The notes below the pieces were generated by a model. The model was not told the DNA's origin. It saw only the letters and a list, made by a program, of their open reading frames with translations, and ran no database searches. DNA of 64,000 nt. It comes from Iphione sp. A-MEVVRFRX5. Its lineage: Eukaryota. Shown one piece after another: positions 39,516-50,999 of this stretch. The position numbers and the translations under genes are program-made. The stretch spans positions 77,252,001-77,316,000 of the forward strand of contig OZ320318.1 of the NCBI GenBank assembly GCA_976226885.1, in the 5' to 3' direction. Numbering within the stretch: the first letter of the stretch is position 1; every line of letters starts with the position of its first letter.

Positions 39516-41033
39516 TTAAACTGCATCTTTGTACTGACCGACAGCAAGAACAGTCTCCCAGACCATGACACACTGTTAATTGATACATGCAAGTTTGGTT
39601 TCAGTACCCAGGTAATGAGAAAATATATGTATATACGCAAGGTGATTGTAAGTAATACATGTAAAAAGTTGGTTAATGAGTGAGCATTGCATACTTACTC
39701 CATTGCAGACCGGAGCAGGTGGGATCTGCGAAAAAAAGGTGTTTAAATACATTTAAGTAATCATCGGATAAATAAATAAATACACAATCCATTTACACCT
39801 TTGATTGCCAGCATAGCTCGCGGTCTTTGACAAACATTTTCCCCTATGGATATTGAACTTAGCACCATTATTGTGGATAGTATATTATAATGTGGGAAGC
39901 AAATGTCATGTATTAATCTGAACTAGCTTGGAAGATGCTTAAGACAATTTAATTTGAAACTAACCGCTAGATCTTGACATGAGTCTGCAGGCAGCAGAGC
40001 AGGTCCATCCAATATGGTCACTGTGCTTGGTGCTGCCCAGTGGCACAGGATGCAGCGGTAGACACGAACTAAGTAGCAGATAAAATCATAAAATCAAACA
40101 TAGGCATGTAGGTAGATGGACATTTATATGTTTGATTGAAGTGCAAGTGATTATTTTGAAAGAAGATTAAATTGTCATATTTACTTTTATAGACCCATGT
40201 CAGCACCTCTCCGCCAAGTCGGTTTTCCTGCAACAAATTACGAAAGAAGATAATGTTGGTCTGCGTGGTGTGTGTGTATGCGTTCTCAACATATTTCACG
40301 TAACTATGACGGCATATTTCCTAACATTACGAAAACAGAAAATTGTCCGTGTGCGTGGTGTGTGTGTATGCGTTCTCAACATATGTCACGTAACTATGAC
40401 AGCATATTTGCTAACATTACGAAAACAGAAAATTGTCCGTGTGCGTGGTGTGTGTGTATGCGTTCTCAACATATGTCACGTAACTATGACGGCATATAAT
40501 TACCGTCAACACCCGCTGAGCTACCGGAAGCAAAGCCATATTAATTAGCAGCTAGCAAGAACACACGAGACCATAGTTGGGAAAACTTGAACGACTGAGC
40601 GCGCCCACACTGGGCATCGACATAAATACTAAGCAGGAGGCGCCACCTGACGCTACCTCTCCGAATTATACGTGCGTATCCCTAACATACGCTAGGCATT
40701 TCCTAACATTACGAAAACAGAAAATTGTCCGTGACGGCATATTTCCTAACATTACGAAAATAGAAAATTGTCCGTGTTCGTTGTGTGTGTGTATGCGTTC
40801 TCAACTATGATGGCATATTTCATAAAAGTTTGGATGGCTTAGTAAGATGCGATCTAGTACCGCGCCATACTAGATTCGCGGTGCAGTTCCGATCTGACAC
40901 AGAAACCTGCTAGAAAATGACTTTCATACTGCAACTACAGACATAAAACATATGCACATGATTCCCTCACTCATCTTACACACACTGGCACCAATGATTT
41001 GTGGTGTAGAAGGCTTAAACTCACCTGATCCAT
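39516..41033 (-). CDS. Harbinger cargo gene Z: predicted 79-aa protein with CxxC...CxxC (zinc-ribbon-like)
   Basis: Exons 41033-41025, 40227-40185, 40068-39965, 39725-39699, 39572-39516. Donors are GTGAGT, GTAAAT, GTTAGT, GTAAGT; acceptors are TTGCAG, CTTAG, TTTTCGCAG, AACAG. The 240 nt are open: MDQENRLGGEVLTWVYKIRVYRCILCHWAAPSTVTILDGPALLPADSCQDLAIPPAPVCNGCVMVWETVLAVGQYKDAV*. Confidence 0.5.
40263..40815. repeat. 90-bp tandem repeat (about 2.6 copies, 40263-40497) plus rearranged partial copies (40698-40815)
   Basis: GCGTGGTGTGTGTGTATGCGTTCTCAAC units start at 40263, 40353, 40443. CCTAACATTACGAAAA(C/T)AGAAAATTGTCCGTG recurs twice more near 40703 and 40746. Confidence 0.9.
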
Positions 41034-42540
41034 GCTTTTCTCTCAAGTGATTACTCTCTTGTCAAAAGGGTTGAAGCCAGAGGAAGTACAGGCAAGGTAC
41101 CAGTACAAACCACTGATGCAAAAACCTTCTCCAAACGTCTCATTTCTTGGTACTTTGTTGTGTAAAATCTAGATATGAATTTAGAAAAGATTATTTCTTG
41201 ACAAGAGTGACATTCCAAAAATGACCTACCAAAATTAGTTCTCCGCAGGACCCCTAGGGGTCGTTTCATCTATTGTTTTGGCTACGCACACATGGAAAGG
41301 CCTTCACGCACCACGCACCGTGTCGTGCGTGGACACCCCACTGTCTCCAAAAGTTGTCGGATGTATGGAAAGACCGCCATAGTATGACGCACCACGGACA
41401 CGGATCCGTGTCCGGGCAGACCGGACAATGTTGGGTTTTGACCACGCAACGTGGTCCGGGTGCGTGTAATACGCATATATGGGTATGCTATACTGAAATA
41501 CAGTGAACTCAGGTATCACGCACAGACGAGAAATACATTATTTAATCTTTTTATTTGAAATTTACTTGCAATTAACAAAAAAATGGGAAGGTAATGACGG
41601 CTAAGGCGTATGTTCGCGGTTATACGCCCGGGCATCCGCCATTATACGAAATCTGCACTAATTGACAAGTGTGCATATGGACTTAGGTCCGAACAAGCCT
41701 TCATACAGACTTCTTATTCACATGTAATAATTTGACAGTATCCCGGCATAGGAGTATAATAACACACGATACAGCTTGAGCATCAGGACATGATTGTTTT
41801 GGTTATGTATACAGTTCTTAAATTATATACATATAAGTAGACTGTACTTCAAATATTTCCAGATATTCGATTCAGATGAGACAGACACCTGGAGACAGAG
41901 AGTGAGCCCTACATTCAAGGAGAATGTACATGTTGCTTGCTGTAGGATAGAGCACCTATGGCATCCAGACCCTAAGCGAAGAAATAGATGACCGCAAATG
42001 AACAAATGCCCTTTTCAGGGCACTTTACTCTCTTGAGAGTTTATGATCAGATTAACACGCTTTGAATTGAATGGTATATGGAATTTCCATATGTGAATAA
42101 AAAAATTTTAATGAGTGTTCCTTGTATGTGTGAAGACTAAAAGGAACAATGGTACAGTTTCATTAATTAATTGAAATATTTGAAATGAAGGAAACCCTCC
42201 TACGAAAGTCGAAACTTGCAGCATTTCACTAACTGTTTATTTTAGTTAATAATAGGCAGCATTATAAATGCATACTGCTATCAATTTTCATTGCATTAAT
42301 CCGCCTGGTGGATAAATGACATTTACCTTCATTTATTCATCCGGACATTATGATTAAATAACCAATAGACAATTGACTTGATCACAATTAAAATTCCACA
42401 GCTATGGTCTGGTATGAGTTATAAAAAAAAAACAGTATGCAACGAAAAAAGTAATATCACTGGCGCTTAACTTGCAATCACGTGTACGAGACATTACACG
42501 AGATCTGTCATAGTGCAATCGACATCAGTGTCAGGGCAAG

Positions 42541-45500
42541 ATGAACGTTCCCGGGACAAGTAGAGAGGTGGCGGTCATGGATGCTGAAGATTCCCAACGT
42601 CAAGAGAACTGGAGCCTAGATGAGATGCGGAAGCTGCTGCAGATGGTGTACGACAGGGGTGTGAAGCCGAGCAGTCCCAAAGACACGTATGAGGAAAGAC
42701 GGAAAAAGAACGCCGCATGGCAAGAGCTTGCGGACGAGTTCAATAAGTAAGTATTAAGACATTTTTATGTAATGTAATACGACTACAAATGCTGGTTGTG
42801 ATCAAACACTTTCACAAGTTTCTTTGTATATGGCGGCAAACCCCGAAATGGTAGTTCCACCTTGTGTTAATGGTTAGCAACTATAAAACGGTCGAAACGC
42901 CATCTAGTGCAACATGATGGATGTCGTCTGCATTCGCGGCGTGAATGACAGTTTACTGAGAATTCCCGGAGTAGCACATTAACATAAAGCTTACATGGCA
43001 ACTGATACAGGAGAAAGGCACACATATCATTGGATTCCACCTTGGGATACACCACCCTGGAGAGAAGCGGACAAAAATCTACTTTTGCAATTGGCAATTG
43101 AATACAGGCTGAAGGTCTTAGACCGCCGCCAAATGCGATCACGCGCGGACAATGACCGCCACTATCACAGATGGTTGCTGGCATTTAGAGCCTTCAACAG
43201 GTAACCAATGCAATGATACTCTTTACATGTTTCTTTCGAATACTACTCATCATTATAAGAAAAAAATAACATCCATCAGGCGTCATTTATTCAGATTTTG
43301 GCTAGTTTCAATGTATTGTTCCAGAATTGCCCACCCGAGGCGCTGTATGGCTCATTTTGGATTCAAGATGATCGAAGTTTGCATTGAGGGTAATAAATCC
43401 TTTGCGGATATTCCTATTGATAATTTCTAACAGTAGAAAACAGAACGGAACTCGTTAAACAACTGTAATAAAAATGCCTAACAACATTTTACCACGAAAT
43501 GTGGTTGGCAGACAATCCAATAAGACTGGCACACCATCTGGCGGATTATCAAGTAGTTATTGCTTCACACAGCTATCAAGAAAGGAACAACTAATGAAAG
43601 CCATGCATAACATTCATACTGTTTTTTTTTAGTACCTTGCAGTGTAAGAACCATTTAACTGAACTTACTGCAATTCTTATTCACTAACAGCTGGATATGC
43701 GGATGCTCTTAATTGACCATGTGAGACGCACCAAGGACATCCAATGATTTGTGGCGATGAAGATGAAGATATTCTCCAGCGGCCAATAAATAGATTTCTC
43801 CTAAATACCTATTTTCGATGTCACACCTGTATTAGAAATAAAAGCAGTTACAATCATACTAGTGCACCTGTGTCTATTTATTTCAACCTAGCGCAAATTT
43901 CAAAAATGAATCTAAATGAATCAGCTAACGGATATAAGTACAACAACTGAACATATGAAAGAGAAATTGAACTCATATTAATTTCCTATGAAGGAACACT
44001 TATTTGAATTTGTCTATTAATTACACAGTAGTACATTGGTAAGAGTACATCCAATCGGAGGTATTGCCAGTCTTTGATAATTAGAATCATTTTATAATAC
44101 GTTTAAATTGGACATTCCTCCCATTTGGAAATATTTATTGTATTCAATGTCTTTTCTTTACAAGGGGTGCCATGCTCCACAGAGGCGTAAAACAGATCAG
44201 GCAAAAGATGAAGAACTTGGGAACGAAAGGTGAATTTTCCACTTGAGCACCATGTCCAGAAAAGGTCGAATAACTGGCAAGACGGCATGGCTGGACTGAT
44301 TTTTATTCGTTTTTGGTAACTCTCGAAAGACAATTAAGTGGGGCTATTAGACATTATGAAAGCAATTTGATAGCAAATACCTGATATGTTTATTGCAATA
44401 TGTCCAGGGTTTCATGCGACTTTACAATCATTTTGACAGTTCGTAAGTATACCGACAACGTAAATGCCACCGGAGGAGGACCTGCACCACCACCACCCCC
44501 AACGGATGTCCGAATGTACATTGAGTTATTCACAGACAACGGAGGACCGGAAGGGGAACTGACGGACTCCATTCAAGTAGAGATAGGTGGGAAGTATTCT
44601 TTTACGTGAGTTATAAAGAAAAATCTATATACCACTTCCTAAGATAGCTAGGTACCTATACTACATGGTTATTTACATGTCTAGTATTCATGGGATAGAC
44701 ATTAACAAGAAAACTTCCGCTTGTTTTATTGAATAGAAGAACCTGACGTGGACGAAATATACGATCTGCCTGGCGAGGCGTGGCCTGAATGGGGTCCGGA
44801 TCAGCCGGCTATTGCAGAGACGGATGTCGAGAGGTTTTTAGTTAAAACCACAAAAAGCCATGTGCAACGAACGAGCACACCCCTCAAGATCACAGACGGC
44901 ACCACACGTCCAACTCTGCCAGCGACGGTGTCAAGGCCACCATCGTCAGCGCAAGAAAACCAGGTCCATACCACGTGTCCACAGCGCAGTCTGGAGCCTA
45001 TACCATCCACATCCAACATGAGCAACGAGCGGACCTTGGTCGCCTCTTCTGCTGCCAATTCCGAGACATGTATACAACCAGATGCTGCCCCACGCAAACG
45101 GAAGAGGAAGCAATCTAGCCAGGCAGAACCCCCAAGTGAGATATTGCATAATCTAAAATGTACATACTAAATCGACTGGAACACCACTGTGTGGACTAAT
45201 TACTGTAGGCAGTCTAAATGCTATGCTCTATTAACTCCATTAAATTAAACATGAACCATTTCTTTCAGAATTAGAATTATATAAATAGTACATTTGTTTC
45301 AAATACAGTCACATCATCCAAAGGTCTTGAGAACAAGGTCCAGCCAGAGTCAACTTTCACTGTGGGACACAATCACAGTAACAGTGCCAGAGGACAAATT
45401 GAAAATTGTCAGCAACTTTTTTCGTATTTATATGTCCGCCAATACAGTCGTGCCTTTGTTGTCCTTAACAAAAGACCTCACATAATACCAACATTTTTCT

Positions 45501-45832
45501 TCAACCACACAGGGCGTCGCATCAGTACAGAGACGTACGAGGAGAAGGCAAGGTTGCGGCAACTGGATATATCTAATGTGGAGGCAGAACTCAAGTACAT
45601 ACAAGAGAAAAATGACTTTCTTAAAGAAGAGCATAAAATGCAGATGGCTCTAATCAAGGCACAACACGACGCTGCTGTATCCGCGCAAGAACAGAGGAAT
45701 CTGGAGCATAAAGGGCTCATGACCGCGCTGACGAATGTCAGTAATTGCTTTATTGCTTTGAAGGAGGCGCTGGTCCCGAAGAAGGTAACAAAAGAAAATG
45801 TATCCACATATTCATGTAGTAGCAAGATGTAA
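42541..45832 (+). CDS. Harbinger Myb/SANT-like DNA-binding protein, 378 aa, with two candidate first exons
   Basis: First exon 42541-42746 (NWSLDEMRKLLQM...AAWQELADEFNK) or 42995-43200. It then continues through 44165-44229 (RGVKQIRQKMKNL, helix 3), 44440-44586 (TGGGP motif typical of Harbinger Myb partners), 44737-45135 and 45513-45832 (C-terminal coiled coil). Phases are consistent; total 1137 nt. Confidence 0.85.
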
Positions 45833-46671
45833 GGGCTAAAGAAAATTATTACACTGTCCATTACATGGGGATATAATTACCAAATGCAATTTTAGAAAAT
45901 GTATTTCTAGTAGTGGTGTTTTCATTCCAATATTTCTCAATTGCATGGGACATGCCCTTTAGCCCCGAGTAAAACAATGGAGAAATTCACTATGGCTTGT
46001 TGTCAGGAAATCTTCACATTACTTCTTTGTAGATTATTAATATAGTTGTTAAGATGAATTAAGAAGAAAACTAGATTGTGGGATGTTTCCTGGCGTGAAC
46101 TCTCACCAGAGAGTCTGAATTCTACAGTGCATTATATTTAATAGGACAAAATTAATACTGCAAAAAAATCATACGATATTCCTAAGGTGACTTTTTCCGT
46201 TCAAGTATTTTTTCAATGGCGGACAATGATATTTTTGAATTAATCCTCGCGAGAACATTTTGTTTCTTTTGTCATTTTGGTATTAAAAAGTGTCTTTCAA
46301 TTAACTGAATGCCTTCTAGAGTTGTCTATGTTCATGTCAAAGCAAAACGCATACTAGCTGATATTTTGACAAAGGAGAGGATTACGATGAACAGACATAG
46401 AAACGAAGTTTTCATAGTCAAGAGTCATATGCCCATAGCAGTATACTTTAATAAATAAGGAAAACAAATTATGTAAGGTTGATTGTAAAATGTGAAGAGT
46501 TGTTTATTTGATTCCTCTGCAAGAAACGTTTACCATATAATGAATAGCTACATAGAATGATTGAAGTTATATTTTTATAATTGCCTGTGCCCTTAATTTT
46601 AATAATCTCAATTACGTAAAACAATAATAATTGGAGATTAAATTGCACAGGTTAAAGGATTGTTTGACCGC

Positions 46672-48796
46672 TTACAGCGACTCTGCCACACGGTCGCGCA
46701 AAATGTTCCTGCGGTCATTCCGAGCAGCGCCGTCCTGATGGAATGCAATGGCGCGCCGGCGCATGTCCGGAATGATCACTTCGTTGGGATCGGGGTCAGG
46801 CTCCCCGATCCTCCGCGCAATGTTGTGCAGTACAACGGCGGCCACGACGAGTGTACATGTCCGCTGGGGTGATGTTCTGCAGCCGTAGTGGAGTAGTCTG
46901 AAACGACTTTTGATGACCCCGAAGGTGTTCTCCACCAACACACGTGTCGACTTCAATCGTCGATTGAATTCTTCTTGTTTTGGTGTCTTGGGCTTCCTAT
47001 AGGGAGTCAGTAACCTGTCGGTGCACACGTACCCGCTGTCCCCCAGGAGGTTACTTGGCCGAGGCACTATGTTGGAGATAATAAACAAATTAAACATGAT
47101 GGACATAATTTATTGAAAAAGGACTTCGCAACAAACGGACATAGTCAATTATGCATCCATATATTAGGAACAAATATAAGAGGACAAGATTGATAAATGT
47201 CTGTAGGCAAAAGAGGCTCAGAAAGCTAAAACTTATTAACTGTGGTACATACGTGAATCGAGGTAGACACGGTTCAAGTCAGAATTCCTGAAGATACGCG
47301 CATCATGCACACTTCCTGCCCAATGTGCGGTACATTCACGGACTACAAAGTGGCTGTCACATACCATCTGCAATTTGGTTGCAACATGAGTAATTAATAA
47401 TTAATATTCAAAGGCATAGTAAGTGTCGGCCACAACATGCTAGAGTAATGTCAAAAGCACAAATGGTTATAGGTAATGTCTGATATGAATTGTCCATTTT
47501 ACATTTTGTTCCCTTTGTTCGACATTGTCCATTTTAAATGCATATGACAAGCAAAATTGGTTATAGTTTGCCGGAAAAAAATTGAAAAATTTAGAGGCTC
47601 ACCTGCACGTTAATGGAATGGTTGCCGTGCCTGTTGTAGAAATTGGCTGTCGTGTCCGTCAGAATAGGGTAGTCGAGGTCAATATGGGTGCAGTCTATTA
47701 GACCTACTACGTTGGGCATCCCTGCGAAAGTAAAAGTATACCATATTTATGACAACAAGGTAAAACATCAAGCAAGAAATAAATGTTGACAATAGTTATA
47801 TTACTTTAACTCACATCAATACACCTTTCCAATACAACACAATCATACATAAACACACATCTTAACAGCAAAGAAAATATCTAGCATTTCTACTCAAATA
47901 CATTGGAAAATAGGTTGAATATCTAATAAATCACCACTACATTTTTAGATATGTATTTCATGGCTTGGGTACAAGCCTTTCAAAAAATTCTCCCTCTTTC
48001 AGATATAGCATGGCATTAGTTCACTATAGACTGAATGTGTGCCTCTTGCACCCCAATGATATGGTATAAGTAACTCGGACTTGGCGGGAATTTCATTTGT
48101 CTATTATATCCGCTAGAGGCGTCACTAGTAAATTAAAGAGAGGGATTCGGTGGTGTAACACAAGGCGGCGGTAGTATGCTGTGACGTTATTCCGTCAAAT
48201 GTCCGCCATGCAACGTACGTTACTCACGGGCAATCCTCAGGAAATCCGCCTTCACTTCTGGGATTTCTCTAAGCTTTGGCATTTGAATGAAGTGCTTGGC
48301 TTGCAAGGCTATCATATGGGCGACCTTGTGGATGATACGGCAAACCGTAGACACATCCACCCTGACGGTGTCGCCGATGACACGGTGCTCTGCCCCTACA
48401 GATACATACATCCCAATGGTTACGGAGGTAAGCCACATTTAAAAAATTGAATTACATTGAAAATTTTTCAATTCGTGTGATTTTCTTTATCTATAATTGA
48501 TACTCATAACAGAAATATATCATAAAAAACTCACCACAAGCCAAAAATCGAAGGAAAATGCACATTTGGATAAGTGCGGGTACCGGGCGACCGCAATTAT
48601 TTTCCTTCATTAGCAGACGCAGGAAGGTGGCCACCAGCAACAGAATGGTTTGCGGTCGAAAACGAAATCTTTTGAGCACCTTCTCCTCCCTATACATTAG
48701 CAGAGGGTTCAAGGGGTCTGATAAATGCCTCAGCGTGTAGTCTTCTTCGTCTTCTGTACGCCTACGAGTTCGTCTGCTCAAACGTCGGGCAGCCAT
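46672..48796 (-). CDS. PIF/Harbinger DDE transposase, 352 aa, apparently intact
   Basis: Exons 48796-48535, 48395-48228, 47721-47603, 47367-47253, 47066-46672; all GT-AG, 1059 nt open. Family motifs present: GLIDCTHI, NRHGNHSINVQ, VCD, WAGSVHDARIF, LLGDSGY, VENTFGVIKSRF, LHN. Confidence 0.95.
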
Positions 48797-48940
48797 TTTT
48801 AAGCGTTTTAAGTATTTAAACCTACTAGGGAGCCAGGGTTAGTTTAACCGGTTTAACTTTACAAAGCGGACATTCTTGCAAACGGGTTTAGCGGATATGC
48901 CTAGCGGTTTTAACTTAAGCGGATTAAGTCATCGTTTTAA

Positions 48941-48959
48941 GTGCGCCAACAATCGGCTA
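48941..48959 (-). repeat. Right TIR of Harbinger
   Basis: GTGCGCCAACAATCGGCTA, followed by TAA. Confidence 0.9.
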
Positions 48960-50689
48960 TAAATATATACAAGTCTCAACAATGTGTCCACCTTTGGTTT
49001 TTAATCAAATCGACTGCAATAGGCCTCATACCTTCTAGCTGACAAGCTGCAAAGTCATCAACCCAGGCATATATTGTTATATGAACACCTTGTTCACACT
49101 GCACTCTTTATAAAATATAATACATCCGGGCTATTTGGAAAGTATTTTAGCGAAGAAAACAAGCCTGTGTAATGCTTCCCAGCTTGATGTCCTCACAAAT
49201 CCTTTCTTTGCAAAATGATTTCACTGTCTACCTGATTGTATTCTTGATGAATCATGTACATCTCGTGTACCTAAAAGATACTGACCACATTCTTGATCTG
49301 ACCCGAATAATAAGTATTTTACAGATAGAATATCTGAAGAAAAACAGCTTTCGCTGACCCTTTGGCCGTCTACCCGGGGCGACCACGTATAGTGAACCTG
49401 CACGGTATTACAGATATACAGCATAAATTCGTTAACCTGGCGGGAATGTTTGCATATATAGCCTCGAAAAGACAGTGTAGATTTGTGCGCGTGCCTGTAG
49501 ACGCGCCTAAGTAACGGGAAGCTCACGTCTAATTGAAAGCACACTCACGGCGAACCCTATTCCTGATGCCTGAGGAGACGCCGGCCGCCGTCTGTCCTAA
49601 ACACTGACCGCTAGGAGGCGTCCCGTCCCACCACTTAAGAAGTCCGTCAAGCCCAGGGCTCGGGTACGGAGTAGCCCACCCTGCCTAATCCTGATGAACG
49701 GCCCGAGTGATGGCGAATGGCGGCCGCCCCCATAATGCCTCTCTCCTCGATGGTCACGTGGTCAGCTGGTTCACCTGACTCCGCCAGGTGGCGTCAGTGT
49801 GCCCGGGTGGGTATGAGGATAGGTCCCTGCGGGCTCGTGATATACGAGGCCCGCCGACGGAGATGGGGGTTTCTCTACACGTCCGGCCTGACAGCTAGGC
49901 CCATATGCAGTGTATATAGGGATATTCTCATCTGAGGATTGTATCAGATTTTAGACTTGGCTCCAGCTATAAAAACATGAAAGGACCCGGACTTAAACCA
50001 GCCGTGTCTCATAACTACCGAGATGCTTTTCAGAGATTAAAGGAATATTGCATTGTTGTCACCATCTGCAATTTCGAGCCACGCATCCAGTCACTGTATC
50101 AGACATATGCTCGATATATACATTTAGAAATGACGAAAGAAACCTGCGCCCACTCCCCCTGTAAGACAAATGGACGATAAAGACCTCTGCTGAGAGAGAA
50201 GAGAAATAAATTGTTTCATATTATTTCATTCTGACGTGAAGCCATAATTACAGTTGTGCATATTTTGCTGCTTACGAGGAGCGCTAAATTGAAAAATAGA
50301 AAAATGGGGAAGGCATACATTTACTGCATTTAAGGTTCTGCAGATTATAAGAATGGATGTACCTCACTCTATTAGACTTAACCATATATTAAACTCATAA
50401 TCACTAAGGGATTGGTCAAGAGGTACGCAGCACCCCTAGGCCATGAAACTGGCCAGAGTAGGAGCAGTTTCATTACAAAGACTTCAAAAAGCAAGCAAGA
50501 AATTTAGAGGAACGCCTTAGCATCCTTATTGGGTGCTGTGATTCATTCTTCACTTCGGTATTCGATAAAGTGTCAGTTTCCTGTTTCCCTCAAAGGCGGG
50601 GTTTCGTGCGATCTCGATCTGGTTTTGTGTGCACTTTACACAATGATAGAACCTGCGGTAAGACAGGGAAAGGGAAACATAGAGCGAGC

Positions 50690-50975
50690 GACATACGGAG
50701 ACGGCGAAAATGAGAAAAAGTGAGAGCAAGAGGGAGGGAGCAGAAAGGAAGAAAGAAGCAACAAAAGAAAGACGGGAGAAGAGAGAGAAAAGGAGGGATG
50801 CTGTCCAGCTTCCAAACACCTTTCCTCTCTCTGTCCTCTCTTCTTCAACTTCGTACCATCCCGCCCTCTCCTGCCCCCCCCCCATCTCTCTCCTCCCCCC
50901 ATCTCTCTCTTGCCCCCCTCTGTCTGTCTGTCTGTCTGCCTGTTTGTTTGTCTGTCTGTCTGTCTGTCTGTCTCT
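50690..50975. repeat. GA-rich then CT-rich low complexity with (TGTC)n microsatellite
   Basis: (TGTC)n/(TGTT)n at 50920-50973; source of several overlapping spurious ORFs. Confidence 0.9.
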
Positions 50976-50999
50976 CTCCACCCTGCGTCGGGAAAGTTC

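Larger units (their letters stand above)
34193..48959. mobile_element. Giant PIF/Harbinger DNA transposon, 14,767 bp, four predicted genes
   Basis: TAA at 34190-34192 and 48960-48962 (the canonical TWA TSD). TIRs TAGCCGATTGTTAGTGTAC and TAGCCGATTGTTGGCGCAC (16/19 match, outer 12 perfect). The element encloses a Harbinger transposase and a Myb/SANT gene in convergent orientation. Confidence 0.92.

Noticed and set aside
40263-40497. CRISPR-like array
   Set aside because: Head-to-tail 90-bp units with no unique spacers, in a eukaryotic intron.
46672-48796. Domesticated host HARBI1/NAIF1-type gene pair
   Set aside because: The genes are bounded by intact TIRs and a TAA duplication, which indicates a transposon rather than a domesticated locus.
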